DNA of 64,000 nt from positions 303,417 to 367,416 of the forward strand of contig OY970290.1 in the NCBI GenBank assembly GCA_963716205.1, given 5' to 3'. This DNA comes from an uncultured bacterium. Its GTDB lineage: Bacteria > Patescibacteriota > Minisyncoccia > Phycocordibacterales > GWA1-40-21. Below the pieces are notes generated by a model. The model worked only from the letters and a program-made list of their open reading frames with translations. It had not been told where the DNA came from and ran no database searches. The translations under genes were made by a program, and so were the position numbers. Position 1 is the stretch's first letter, and every line of letters starts with the position of its first letter. Shown here piece by piece: positions 41,003 through 49,023 of this stretch.

Positions 41003-42211
41003 TTAATTTTTCCCATTATAAATTGCATTCAGCAAACTAAATGTTTTTGAACCAAAAATAGTTTCACCGGTAATATTGTATTTTTGCTGGAACGCTTTCA
41101 CCGCAAGTTCCGTGCATGTGCCGATGGATCCGCTGTGTGGACATTCGTTTCGTGTCATTCCTGCCGGAGGATAATCTCCGTCCATAATCAAAGCTGTCTG
41201 CATCGCATAAATATCTTCAGCGTTTGAATTTTTGCTTGTCACCGGTGTGTTCCATGCATAAATATTTTCACTTGGATCATAAGAAGAAGTCGCAGTGACA
41301 TTTGTATTTCCAGTATAGTAATCCTGCAAACCGAGGTATGTCTGATAGGCGAGATCTTTCAGTGCAATGGGGCGTGTGATCGGATTGACGAATTGCGGTT
41401 CATAAATGTAATCATATTCGATGAGAATGGCTGCTGGCTTTGCCGTGTTATAGGCACCGATGCCGATCAATTGAGGATCTTGAATAAGGCCAGGTTCTTG
41501 AATTGGAAGATCACTTGTCGGATTATAAAGCGACAGTCTGTTGAAAACCGCTTCAGCAACCGGCTTTGTGGTGGAACTGTTGTCATAAATATTCGGCGGA
41601 TAATATTCGACAAAGCCGGTGTATTTGCCGACCGCGTTATAGGCATTGCCGCGATAATTATTGACGCAGATATTAATCATGAAATTTATATCATTCTCAT
41701 CTGCCCACTTCGTGGCACCATAGATGCGGATTGCATCATCTGTTGGCGCAGTATTGTGAACTTCGCCATCATTAAAAATAGCCGCGATTGCCGGATTAGC
41801 CATAGCTGTCTCTTTTGCAGCCTGTTCCCAACTTACGATAGCATTCCAGTTGGTATTAAAATAATTTTGGAATGTTGGATTCCATGCTTGCGTCGTGCGG
41901 GTGACATATGTCTGATAGTTTCCATTGCCATCCAGAAACTCTTGCAAATCATCGCCGATGGTCACTGCCAAATCACGCTCATAGATTTCACCGGATGGTG
42001 TTGCCATCTGTGTTCCGCCCTCGTCCGGCTCATGGGCGGGCACGATCATGACACGGATTTTTTTACCGTTTGAAAATGTAGCAGAAGCCGTTGCAGCCAT
42101 TTTCGGTGCCGCTTTAACGGTGAATTGAAAAGAATAATGATCCGCGGCATACCAAACCCCACCGATGATTACTGCCGCCAAAAATAATTTGAAAATGAAT
42201 TTATTTTTCAC
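41003..42211 (-). CDS. Secreted cell-wall amidase (Amidase_3-like N-acetylmuramoyl-L-alanine amidase) with C-terminal peptidoglycan-binding-like domain
   Basis: Signal peptide; RVMIVPAHEPDEGG...YERDLAVTIGDDLQEFL...YVTRT (Amidase_3 pattern); C-terminal ...TELAVKAFQQKYNITGETIFGSKTFSLLNAIY; 402 aa. Confidence 0.55.
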   Translation of the reverse strand: MKNKFIFKLFLAAVIIGGVWYAADHYSFQFTVKAAPKMAATASATFSNGKKIRVMIVPAHEPDEGGTQMATPSGEIYERDLAVTIGDDLQEFLDGNGNYQTYVTRTTQAWNPTFQNYFNTNWNAIVSWEQAAKETAMANPAIAAIFNDGEVHNTAPTDDAIRIYGATKWADENDINFMINICVNNYRGNAYNAVGKYTGFVEYYPPNIYDNSSTTKPVAEAVFNRLSLYNPTSDLPIQEPGLIQDPQLIGIGAYNTAKPAAILIEYDYIYEPQFVNPITRPIALKDLAYQTYLGLQDYYTGNTNVTATSSYDPSENIYAWNTPVTSKNSNAEDIYAMQTALIMDGDYPPAGMTRNECPHSGSIGTCTELAVKAFQQKYNITGETIFGSKTFSLLNAIYNGKN

Positions 42212-42295
42212 AGGCCAATTGTATCAGACTGAAAATAAAAAGTCATTCAAATTTTAGAAAATAAAAAAGCCCATCTTTTGACGGGCTTTTGTGCT

Positions 42296-42440
42296 TACTT
42301 TTTCTTTCCTCGCTTCTGATTTTTCCTTGCTGTGCTCCGAAGACGACGGGTTACTCCCCAAACTGGCTGGCCGACTCGTGCTGGAACCGTAGTCGGTCAA
42401 GCACTACAATGTCGGTTTGATGAGTTTTATTGTATCAAAA
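42296..42440 (-). ncRNA. Candidate structured non-coding RNA / cis-regulatory leader (unidentified) between two minus-strand terminator hairpins
   Basis: Locally GC-rich (~55% vs ~35-40% flanks) with nested complementary segments (CCGAC...GTCGG, GACCGACT...AGTCGGCC); bracketed by hairpin+T-run at 42481-42515 (after SNF2 gene) and 42262-42295 (50 nt before amidase start). Confidence 0.25.
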
Positions 42441-42515
42441 CGACGCGACTTGAGCTACTTAAAAAGTGACAAAAGTGACAGTTTAACGAGAAAAAGTTAC
42501 ATGGACGTGTAACTT

Positions 42516-45500
42516 TTATCGCACCAGCACAAATCCTTTTTCGGCATCAAGTTTTTTGAAAAGAACATATTTTGAACCAAGTTTCAGTCTTGAAAAATTG
42601 TTCTGTATGATCACCTCACTTGGTATTTTTTCCAGTCCGCCATATTGTTTTTTCAACTTTTCTCCTATTCCAAGTATTTCTTTTTCATTTGCGAGAATTT
42701 TCTTATCTTCGCTATTCAGATCAATTTCATACTTTTTACCACCAATTTCAAACTCACTTATTACTTTTCTAGAATCGCTCAATGTAGCTTTTTTCTTTGA
42801 AATCTTGAGTGCGTCCCTATTCCACGATTTTTCTCCTGCGACCATTTCCGATGTGCTAGCATCCAAATCTTTTTCCTTTTGTAGTGTCACGAACATGGAG
42901 CGATAATTGCTTCCGTGCAGAGCCTCTCCGGTATACTCGTCCACAATTTTAAAACCCAAATCTTTTGTCAACGACTTAAAACTATCGAAATCCTTAAAAT
43001 CAAGCGAGTAAATCATGTTCATGACGAATGATCCGCCCAATTTCAATACTCTGTTCATTTCAGAAAGTACCTTTAGACGTTCGTTATTTCCTTTGATTGG
43101 TTCAGCGGTGTAATGGAATGATAAGCATAAGTTCGTGAAATCGAATGACTTATTTGCGAATGGTATATTCAAGAAACTGCCGGCAACATTTTTTGCACCT
43201 TCGCTTTTCTCACTAGTAAAATGGCGCTCGTTCATATCCATACTGACAATATTATTCTGTAAGTTGTCAGCAATATGTCGTTTGAGCATCTCCGGACCTG
43301 AGGCCACATCAAGAATTTTCACGTCTTTCATTTCTTTATCTTTTATTAGATGCTCAATAATGGATCCTGAGACCCTGTTTGCGTTCGCTTGGTAATTTCT
43401 ACTACCCATATCGAGATAGGCTTCGGCATATTCATCCCCATGCTTTGCGATAAATTCGGAAAAGTCTGATTCACTTACTGATTTTACCGAACGGAAAATA
43501 CGAAATAATTTATCAAAACTCGAAAGATAAAAACGAGCAAGTTCGGCGTTCACGCTGAGATCTGCTGTGCCTTTTTCACTTTCTTTCAAGATTTCTTTTT
43601 CAATCTCTGTGACAGGTATTCCCTTGAGTAATTTTTCAACCGCCTTTTCTTTGATATCAATATATCGATGTATTCCCTCTTCAATAGAATCAGGGACGAT
43701 AGAGGTGACAACATCGAGATCATTTTTCATACCGACACGATATACACGGGATCGTTCCTGTCGTTCCTCGCTTTTCGTCCACGGTTCGTTATAGAACAAA
43801 ACGCTTTCGCCAGCTGAATAATCAACGCCGACTCCGGCAGTCTGCCCGCTAACCACGAGCAATATTTTTCCATCTCCATTTTTAAATTGTTCTTGAATCC
43901 TATCTCTTTCTTCCTTTTCTGTTTCTCCATGGACGATAAGAATTTTAACATCCTCTGGTAAATGAAAATTGTTTAATATCGATTTATCTCCCCGAATAAC
44001 ATCTTCCACGTAGTCGTTTACAAACATAAGAACTTTATTTTTCTGCTTGAATGTTTCGTTTAGATCCTGACCAACGGTTTCCGCTTTGATATTTTTGACC
44101 CCTGGGGTTGCTTCAAGTAATTCTGGGTTCAAAAGGAATTTTCGCATTACCTGAATTTTTTCCGTCGGCGAGAGAGAATCTTCCTCAAGAAGAAGTTCAT
44201 AGATACTTCTTTCATTTTCCGAAAGTCTGCTAAGCAGTACTCTCTCAATCATCTGGGGCATTTCGATATGCTCAGCCAGACTTTTCATTTGCATCTTGTT
44301 GACAAGCAACTTTCTTAATTCGGTGATATCACCGTTGATGATCGAACTAACAAGGTTTTTGTTTTCCATCTTTTCATACTTTTCCGGGTAGAGAAGTTTG
44401 AGTAGCATCGCAACATCCTGAATTTTGTTCGGAACCGGAGTACCGGAAAGAAGCGCCAGATATTGATCCTCTGTTTTTATCATGTCAGCAAGTATAATGG
44501 CGTTCTCCGCACGCACTCCTTCCTTCACATTCTTTATTTCATGCACTTCGTCAATGATCAACATGTCATAACCGATATCGTGCAATTTTTTCGTATTCTC
44601 GGCATTCAGTCTTTCCTGGGAAATCAACACGTAATCGAGATTCTCCCTATCCAAATTGTCCAGATCAAAAATGTTTTCTATGGTCAGGATTTTTGGCGCT
44701 TGTCCTGGTTTGAAATATCCAACTTGTTTCCCGTCCCCCGATACTTCGTCCGAAAGATATTTTTGCCATGTGCTTAACACATTACTTGGAGCTACAATTA
44801 AGCCAAGTTTTACGCCTAAACATTCTTTGGCAAGTATGGCAGAAGCGCTTTTGCCAACTCCCATTTCATCGGCAATAAGCAGACGCTTTTTGTCGGCAAT
44901 TTCCTTAATATTGATAGATTGGTAAATGTCAGGAAAATTCCTGTTTTCCTGAACATTATCAATCAATCGGTCTGGTTTTTCAAAACCGTGATCAACTGAT
45001 CTATAATAGTCCATCGTCGATTGAATAACCTCATCAAGTTCTGAACTGTTGAGTTTTTTGTTTTCATCCGAAATCTTGTTAAAAAATTCTCCAAAAATAA
45101 CTTTATCTGAATCAATTCTTTTATTTCTTTTTTCACCAAGATAATATTGAAGCGCAGAATCCTTCAATACCTCAAAAAGACCCGCTTTCAAATCTTTCTC
45201 TTTTATCAAATTAGATGAGACAGCGTACTCAAGATTTTCGGTATTAAATGGTATTCTGAGAAGTAAATAGTTACCAAGATATTCCGATATGATCTTATTT
45301 GCTTTTTCGACAGGTAAACCCTTGAAGTCTGGGTGCTGGGCGTACAATACGTCCAAAAAGCGTGAGGAACCGAATAAGCCGACTAATTTTCCAAATTTTT
45401 TCGCTTCTTCCGATTCACCCTTTCCTATATCCTCACATTTTACCTTTAATTCTTTTTCCAAATTTTCCTGAGAGTTTTTTTCATTCAATGATTCTTCGCG

Positions 45501-45653
45501 AAGTAGTTTCATTACTTCTTCTTGTGCTTCCGGAGAAAGAAACAAAGTTTTTTTACCGTTTTTTCCACGAAAATAGTCGTATTTTTTCCCAGAGTTCTCC
45601 GGATTTGATTGGGTTGATTCAATCGTATTATTAAAGGGTATTTTTTCGCTCAT
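42516..45653 (-). CDS. SNF2-family helicase fused to C-terminal class-I SAM-dependent methyltransferase domain
   Basis: SNF2_N motifs (LLIADEMGVGKS; MLIIDEVHEIKN), helicase-C region, then ILDVASGPEM...LKLGGSFVM (MTase motifs I/post-I); 1045 aa; last gene of 4-gene operon. Confidence 0.8.
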   Translation of the reverse strand: MSEKIPFNNTIESTQSNPENSGKKYDYFRGKNGKKTLFLSPEAQEEVMKLLREESLNEKNSQENLEKELKVKCEDIGKGESEEAKKFGKLVGLFGSSRFLDVLYAQHPDFKGLPVEKANKIISEYLGNYLLLRIPFNTENLEYAVSSNLIKEKDLKAGLFEVLKDSALQYYLGEKRNKRIDSDKVIFGEFFNKISDENKKLNSSELDEVIQSTMDYYRSVDHGFEKPDRLIDNVQENRNFPDIYQSINIKEIADKKRLLIADEMGVGKSASAILAKECLGVKLGLIVAPSNVLSTWQKYLSDEVSGDGKQVGYFKPGQAPKILTIENIFDLDNLDRENLDYVLISQERLNAENTKKLHDIGYDMLIIDEVHEIKNVKEGVRAENAIILADMIKTEDQYLALLSGTPVPNKIQDVAMLLKLLYPEKYEKMENKNLVSSIINGDITELRKLLVNKMQMKSLAEHIEMPQMIERVLLSRLSENERSIYELLLEEDSLSPTEKIQVMRKFLLNPELLEATPGVKNIKAETVGQDLNETFKQKNKVLMFVNDYVEDVIRGDKSILNNFHLPEDVKILIVHGETEKEERDRIQEQFKNGDGKILLVVSGQTAGVGVDYSAGESVLFYNEPWTKSEERQERSRVYRVGMKNDLDVVTSIVPDSIEEGIHRYIDIKEKAVEKLLKGIPVTEIEKEILKESEKGTADLSVNAELARFYLSSFDKLFRIFRSVKSVSESDFSEFIAKHGDEYAEAYLDMGSRNYQANANRVSGSIIEHLIKDKEMKDVKILDVASGPEMLKRHIADNLQNNIVSMDMNERHFTSEKSEGAKNVAGSFLNIPFANKSFDFTNLCLSFHYTAEPIKGNNERLKVLSEMNRVLKLGGSFVMNMIYSLDFKDFDSFKSLTKDLGFKIVDEYTGEALHGSNYRSMFVTLQKEKDLDASTSEMVAGEKSWNRDALKISKKKATLSDSRKVISEFEIGGKKYEIDLNSEDKKILANEKEILGIGEKLKKQYGGLEKIPSEVIIQNNFSRLKLGSKYVLFKKLDAEKGFVLVR

Positions 45654-45702
45654 ATAGCTATTATTAACGGTGTTTGATAAAAACGCAAGTTCAAATTATC
45701 GA

Positions 45703-47136
45703 CTAGTCACCTTTTAGTCTTTTTAAAATTTTTTTCTTATCGAGACCAGTTTCTTCTGCAATATTATCTAAAGATACCCAACCTTGTGGAGGTTCTGGCG
45801 TTAATTTTTCATCAATAAGTTCAACTAATTTTGGTGAATAATAATATGCCATAGCACCGCCCTTAGGATTTCTGAACATTCCCCTTTCTTTTTCAAGATC
45901 AGAGTTTTTTTCAATCAATCTATCGACAGTTTTTGTAATAGTCAAACTGTTAGCTTTTCTTTTTTCTTTGAGATTTAGTAATGACATCCAATTTTCTGGA
46001 GCCTCTAATATTAAATCTTTCTCAAAAAGTCTGATTAGTTCGGGAGAATAAAAATATGTTACAGGCCCACCTTTTGGATTTTTAAATATCCCCCTTTCTT
46101 TCTCAAGATTGGGATTTTTCTCGATCAATCTCTCAATTACCCCATCGATTCCTGTTCTGCTTATTTTTATTATTTTTAATTTTTCGTGAAGATCCAATGC
46201 TGGTATCCAATTTTCAGGGGCTTCAGGCATCAAGTTCTCATCAATAAGTTCGATTAGTTTGGGTGAATAGTAGAGCGATTTCAACCCATTTGGATTTCTA
46301 AACATTCCGGTTTCCTTCTCAAGCTCAGGGTTATTTCCAATTAATTCATTAATCACCCTTTCGATTGCAACTCTGCTAAACTTTATTTTCTCTTTAAGAA
46401 AACTAGGCATAGATATCCAATTTTCAGGTGCCTCAGGCACCAAGTTCTCATCAATAAGTTCGATTAGTTTAGGTGAAAAATATATAGTGGGCATTCTATT
46501 TTCGTTCGTAAATACTCCCTTTTCTTTCTCAAGTTCAGGAGTTTTTTCAATTAATCTATCAACTATTCCTTCGATCGCCTTTCTACCTAATTTTGGTTTT
46601 TCCTTGAGAAGGCTTGGGAATGATACCCAATCCTTTGGAGATTCTTGATTTAATTTTTTTATTTTATCTTCAATCAATTTCACTAATTCTGGTGAGTAAT
46701 GAATAACTGATTTTCCGGCACTTGGTGAACGAAACATTTTAATATTTTCTTCCGCTTTCAATTTTCCGTCTGATTCATCAATGATTTGTTCAGCATATTT
46801 TCTAACAGTCGATTGATCAATATCATATCTGTCTATAATTGCAGTTTGTGTTGTCCAATCTTTTGGTGCGTCTTCAGTCAAATTTTTCTCAACTAATTCT
46901 ACAATTGCTGGTGAAAAATAAAATGACTTCCCCGTTTCTGAATTTCTAAATATCCCCCTCTCACTTTCAAGTTCTGGAAATTTTTCAATTAATCTATTGA
47001 CTAATCCATTGAACGCAGTTTTTTTGAGATTAAATCTTTTCTTAAGATCAGGTGTAGATACCCAATTTTCCGGAGCCTCCGTTGCTTCGGGTTTTTGTTC
47101 TGACTCAAAATTGTTTGTAAGGAATTTTTCTGACAT
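45703..47136 (-). CDS. Tandem-repeat protein (~6 copies of a ~70-aa HTH-like module)
   Basis: Repeat consensus PE(A)PE-W-s-L-sL-EK-g-sk--I---a-KIIEES-G-L-K--E-G-F-S-K-g-P--YySPkLVELIE--L; 477 aa. Confidence 0.7.
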   Translation of the reverse strand: MSEKFLTNNFESEQKPEATEAPENWVSTPDLKKRFNLKKTAFNGLVNRLIEKFPELESERGIFRNSETGKSFYFSPAIVELVEKNLTEDAPKDWTTQTAIIDRYDIDQSTVRKYAEQIIDESDGKLKAEENIKMFRSPSAGKSVIHYSPELVKLIEDKIKKLNQESPKDWVSFPSLLKEKPKLGRKAIEGIVDRLIEKTPELEKEKGVFTNENRMPTIYFSPKLIELIDENLVPEAPENWISMPSFLKEKIKFSRVAIERVINELIGNNPELEKETGMFRNPNGLKSLYYSPKLIELIDENLMPEAPENWIPALDLHEKLKIIKISRTGIDGVIERLIEKNPNLEKERGIFKNPKGGPVTYFYSPELIRLFEKDLILEAPENWMSLLNLKEKRKANSLTITKTVDRLIEKNSDLEKERGMFRNPKGGAMAYYYSPKLVELIDEKLTPEPPQGWVSLDNIAEETGLDKKKILKRLKGD

Positions 47137-47141
47137 AGATT

Positions 47142-49016
47142 TTAAATATTGTTTCCTTTAATTATCCTTTTTATTTTTTCTTTACTTATTCCGATTTTTT
47201 CCGACAAAGAATCTATACTCTCCCATCCTTTTGGGGCTTTTTCTGGTAAATTTTTCTCAATTAGTTCAATTAGTTTTGGAGAAAAGTATGTTGCGGGTAA
47301 ACCACTTTTTTTAGAGGCAAACATTTTTTCTTCTTTTCCCAATCCATTGTTCGATTCCTCAATTATTTTCTTGGCTATACCCTTAATTATGGAGACACTG
47401 ACATTATTTTTTTCTGCAATCGAAACCAAACTTATCCATCCTTCAGGACTCTGCTGAGGAAGACTTTGTTCAACTAAATCAACTAATTTTGGCGAAAGAA
47501 ATAATGTAGATTTGTTATTCTCAGAAAAGAATATACCCGCTTCTTTTCCGAGTTTCCCCTTCGATTCTTCAATTATTTTTTCAGATCTACTTTTAATTGT
47601 ATTTGGATCAACTTGATTTTTTTTTGCTATAGAAGCTATACTTAACCACCTATCAGGTGCTTCGTGCGGTATTTTTTTTTCAATCAATTCCACTAATTTG
47701 GGAGAGTAATATATTGCTGGCGGACCCATTTTTTTAGCAGAAAATTTTTTCATTTCCTCATTAAGTTTTCCATCTGATTCATTGATTATTTTTTGAGCAA
47801 TATTTTCAATAAACCCCTTACTGATTGAATATTTATTTACAAAGAAATTCGAGTCAGCCCATCCATAAGGAGCTTTCTCGGATAAATCTTCTTCAAGTAA
47901 TCTGACTAGTTTGGGCGAATAATATGATGTTGGAGGACCCTTCTTTTTAGAAAAAAATATTCCTGATTCTTCATCCTCTTTAAGATTCCCGTTTGATTCC
48001 TCGATTATTCTATTAACCTTATATGCAATTCCTGTTTTTGTAACTCCATATTTTTCCGCTAGAGAAATCAGATCTATCCACCCAATAGGTGGTTCTTGGG
48101 GTAGAATCCTTTCTATTGATTCTACTACTTTTGCCGAATAATATTTTGTTGGTTTATGGTTTTTGGCCCAAAATATCCCTGTATCCTTTTCTTCCGAAAG
48201 CTCACCTTTTGACTCCTCAATTATTTTTTTTGCTCTATTTTCATATGCTATTCTACTAATTCCATATTTTTTAGTTAGAGAAATTATATCAGACCATCCC
48301 TCAGGCGCTTTTTCAGGTAAGTCTCTTTCAATTAATTCTACCAGTCTAGGTGAATAATACATTGTTAGATTGCCGGACTTCTTAGACGAGAACATTCCAA
48401 CATTTTCGATTTTTTTGAGATTTTCATTTGAATCCCCAATTATTTTTTGAGCTAAATTTTCAATCGTTTTTTTATTTATTCTGTGTTTTTCAGCAAAAGA
48501 AATCCGATCGACCCATCCATCAGGTGCTTCGTGCGGTATTTTTTTTTCAATCAATTCCACTAATTTGGGAGAGAAAAAAGTTGATGGTTCATTATTTATT
48601 TTTGATGGAAACATTGACCTTTCTTTTTCTAGATTTCCATTTGACTCCTCAATTATTTTTTCAACAATTTTTATAATAGTGGGCATACTAATCCCGTATT
48701 TTTGTACTACAGATGTCATACTCACCCATTCCCCAGGTGCTCTTTTGGGTAGTTTTTTTTCAATTAATTCCACGAGTCTAGGTGAATAATATACTGCAGT
48801 AGGAATTTTTTGTGATGAAAATATCCCAATATCGTCTTTTTTAGTAAGACTTCCGTTCGATTCCCCAATTATTTTTTGAGCCAAATTTTCAATTAGTCCT
48901 CTACCAAATCCATACTTTTCTGTAAGAGAAACCAACATTTGCCATCCATCCGGAGATTCTACTGCTTCCGGTTTTTGTTCTGGCTCAAAATTGCTTATAG
49001 GAAATTTTTCTATCAT
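47142..49016 (-). CDS. Tandem-repeat protein (~9 copies of the same ~70-aa module)
   Basis: Same repeat; N-terminus MIEKFPISNFEPEQKPEAVESPDGW paralogous to neighbours; 624 aa. Confidence 0.7.
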   Translation of the reverse strand: MIEKFPISNFEPEQKPEAVESPDGWQMLVSLTEKYGFGRGLIENLAQKIIGESNGSLTKKDDIGIFSSQKIPTAVYYSPRLVELIEKKLPKRAPGEWVSMTSVVQKYGISMPTIIKIVEKIIEESNGNLEKERSMFPSKINNEPSTFFSPKLVELIEKKIPHEAPDGWVDRISFAEKHRINKKTIENLAQKIIGDSNENLKKIENVGMFSSKKSGNLTMYYSPRLVELIERDLPEKAPEGWSDIISLTKKYGISRIAYENRAKKIIEESKGELSEEKDTGIFWAKNHKPTKYYSAKVVESIERILPQEPPIGWIDLISLAEKYGVTKTGIAYKVNRIIEESNGNLKEDEESGIFFSKKKGPPTSYYSPKLVRLLEEDLSEKAPYGWADSNFFVNKYSISKGFIENIAQKIINESDGKLNEEMKKFSAKKMGPPAIYYSPKLVELIEKKIPHEAPDRWLSIASIAKKNQVDPNTIKSRSEKIIEESKGKLGKEAGIFFSENNKSTLFLSPKLVDLVEQSLPQQSPEGWISLVSIAEKNNVSVSIIKGIAKKIIEESNNGLGKEEKMFASKKSGLPATYFSPKLIELIEKNLPEKAPKGWESIDSLSEKIGISKEKIKRIIKGNNI

Positions 49017-49023
49017 ATAATTA

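Noticed and set aside
41393-42073. 226-aa plus-strand ORF
   Set aside because: Antisense within the amidase gene; Cys/Ile-rich low-complexity translation
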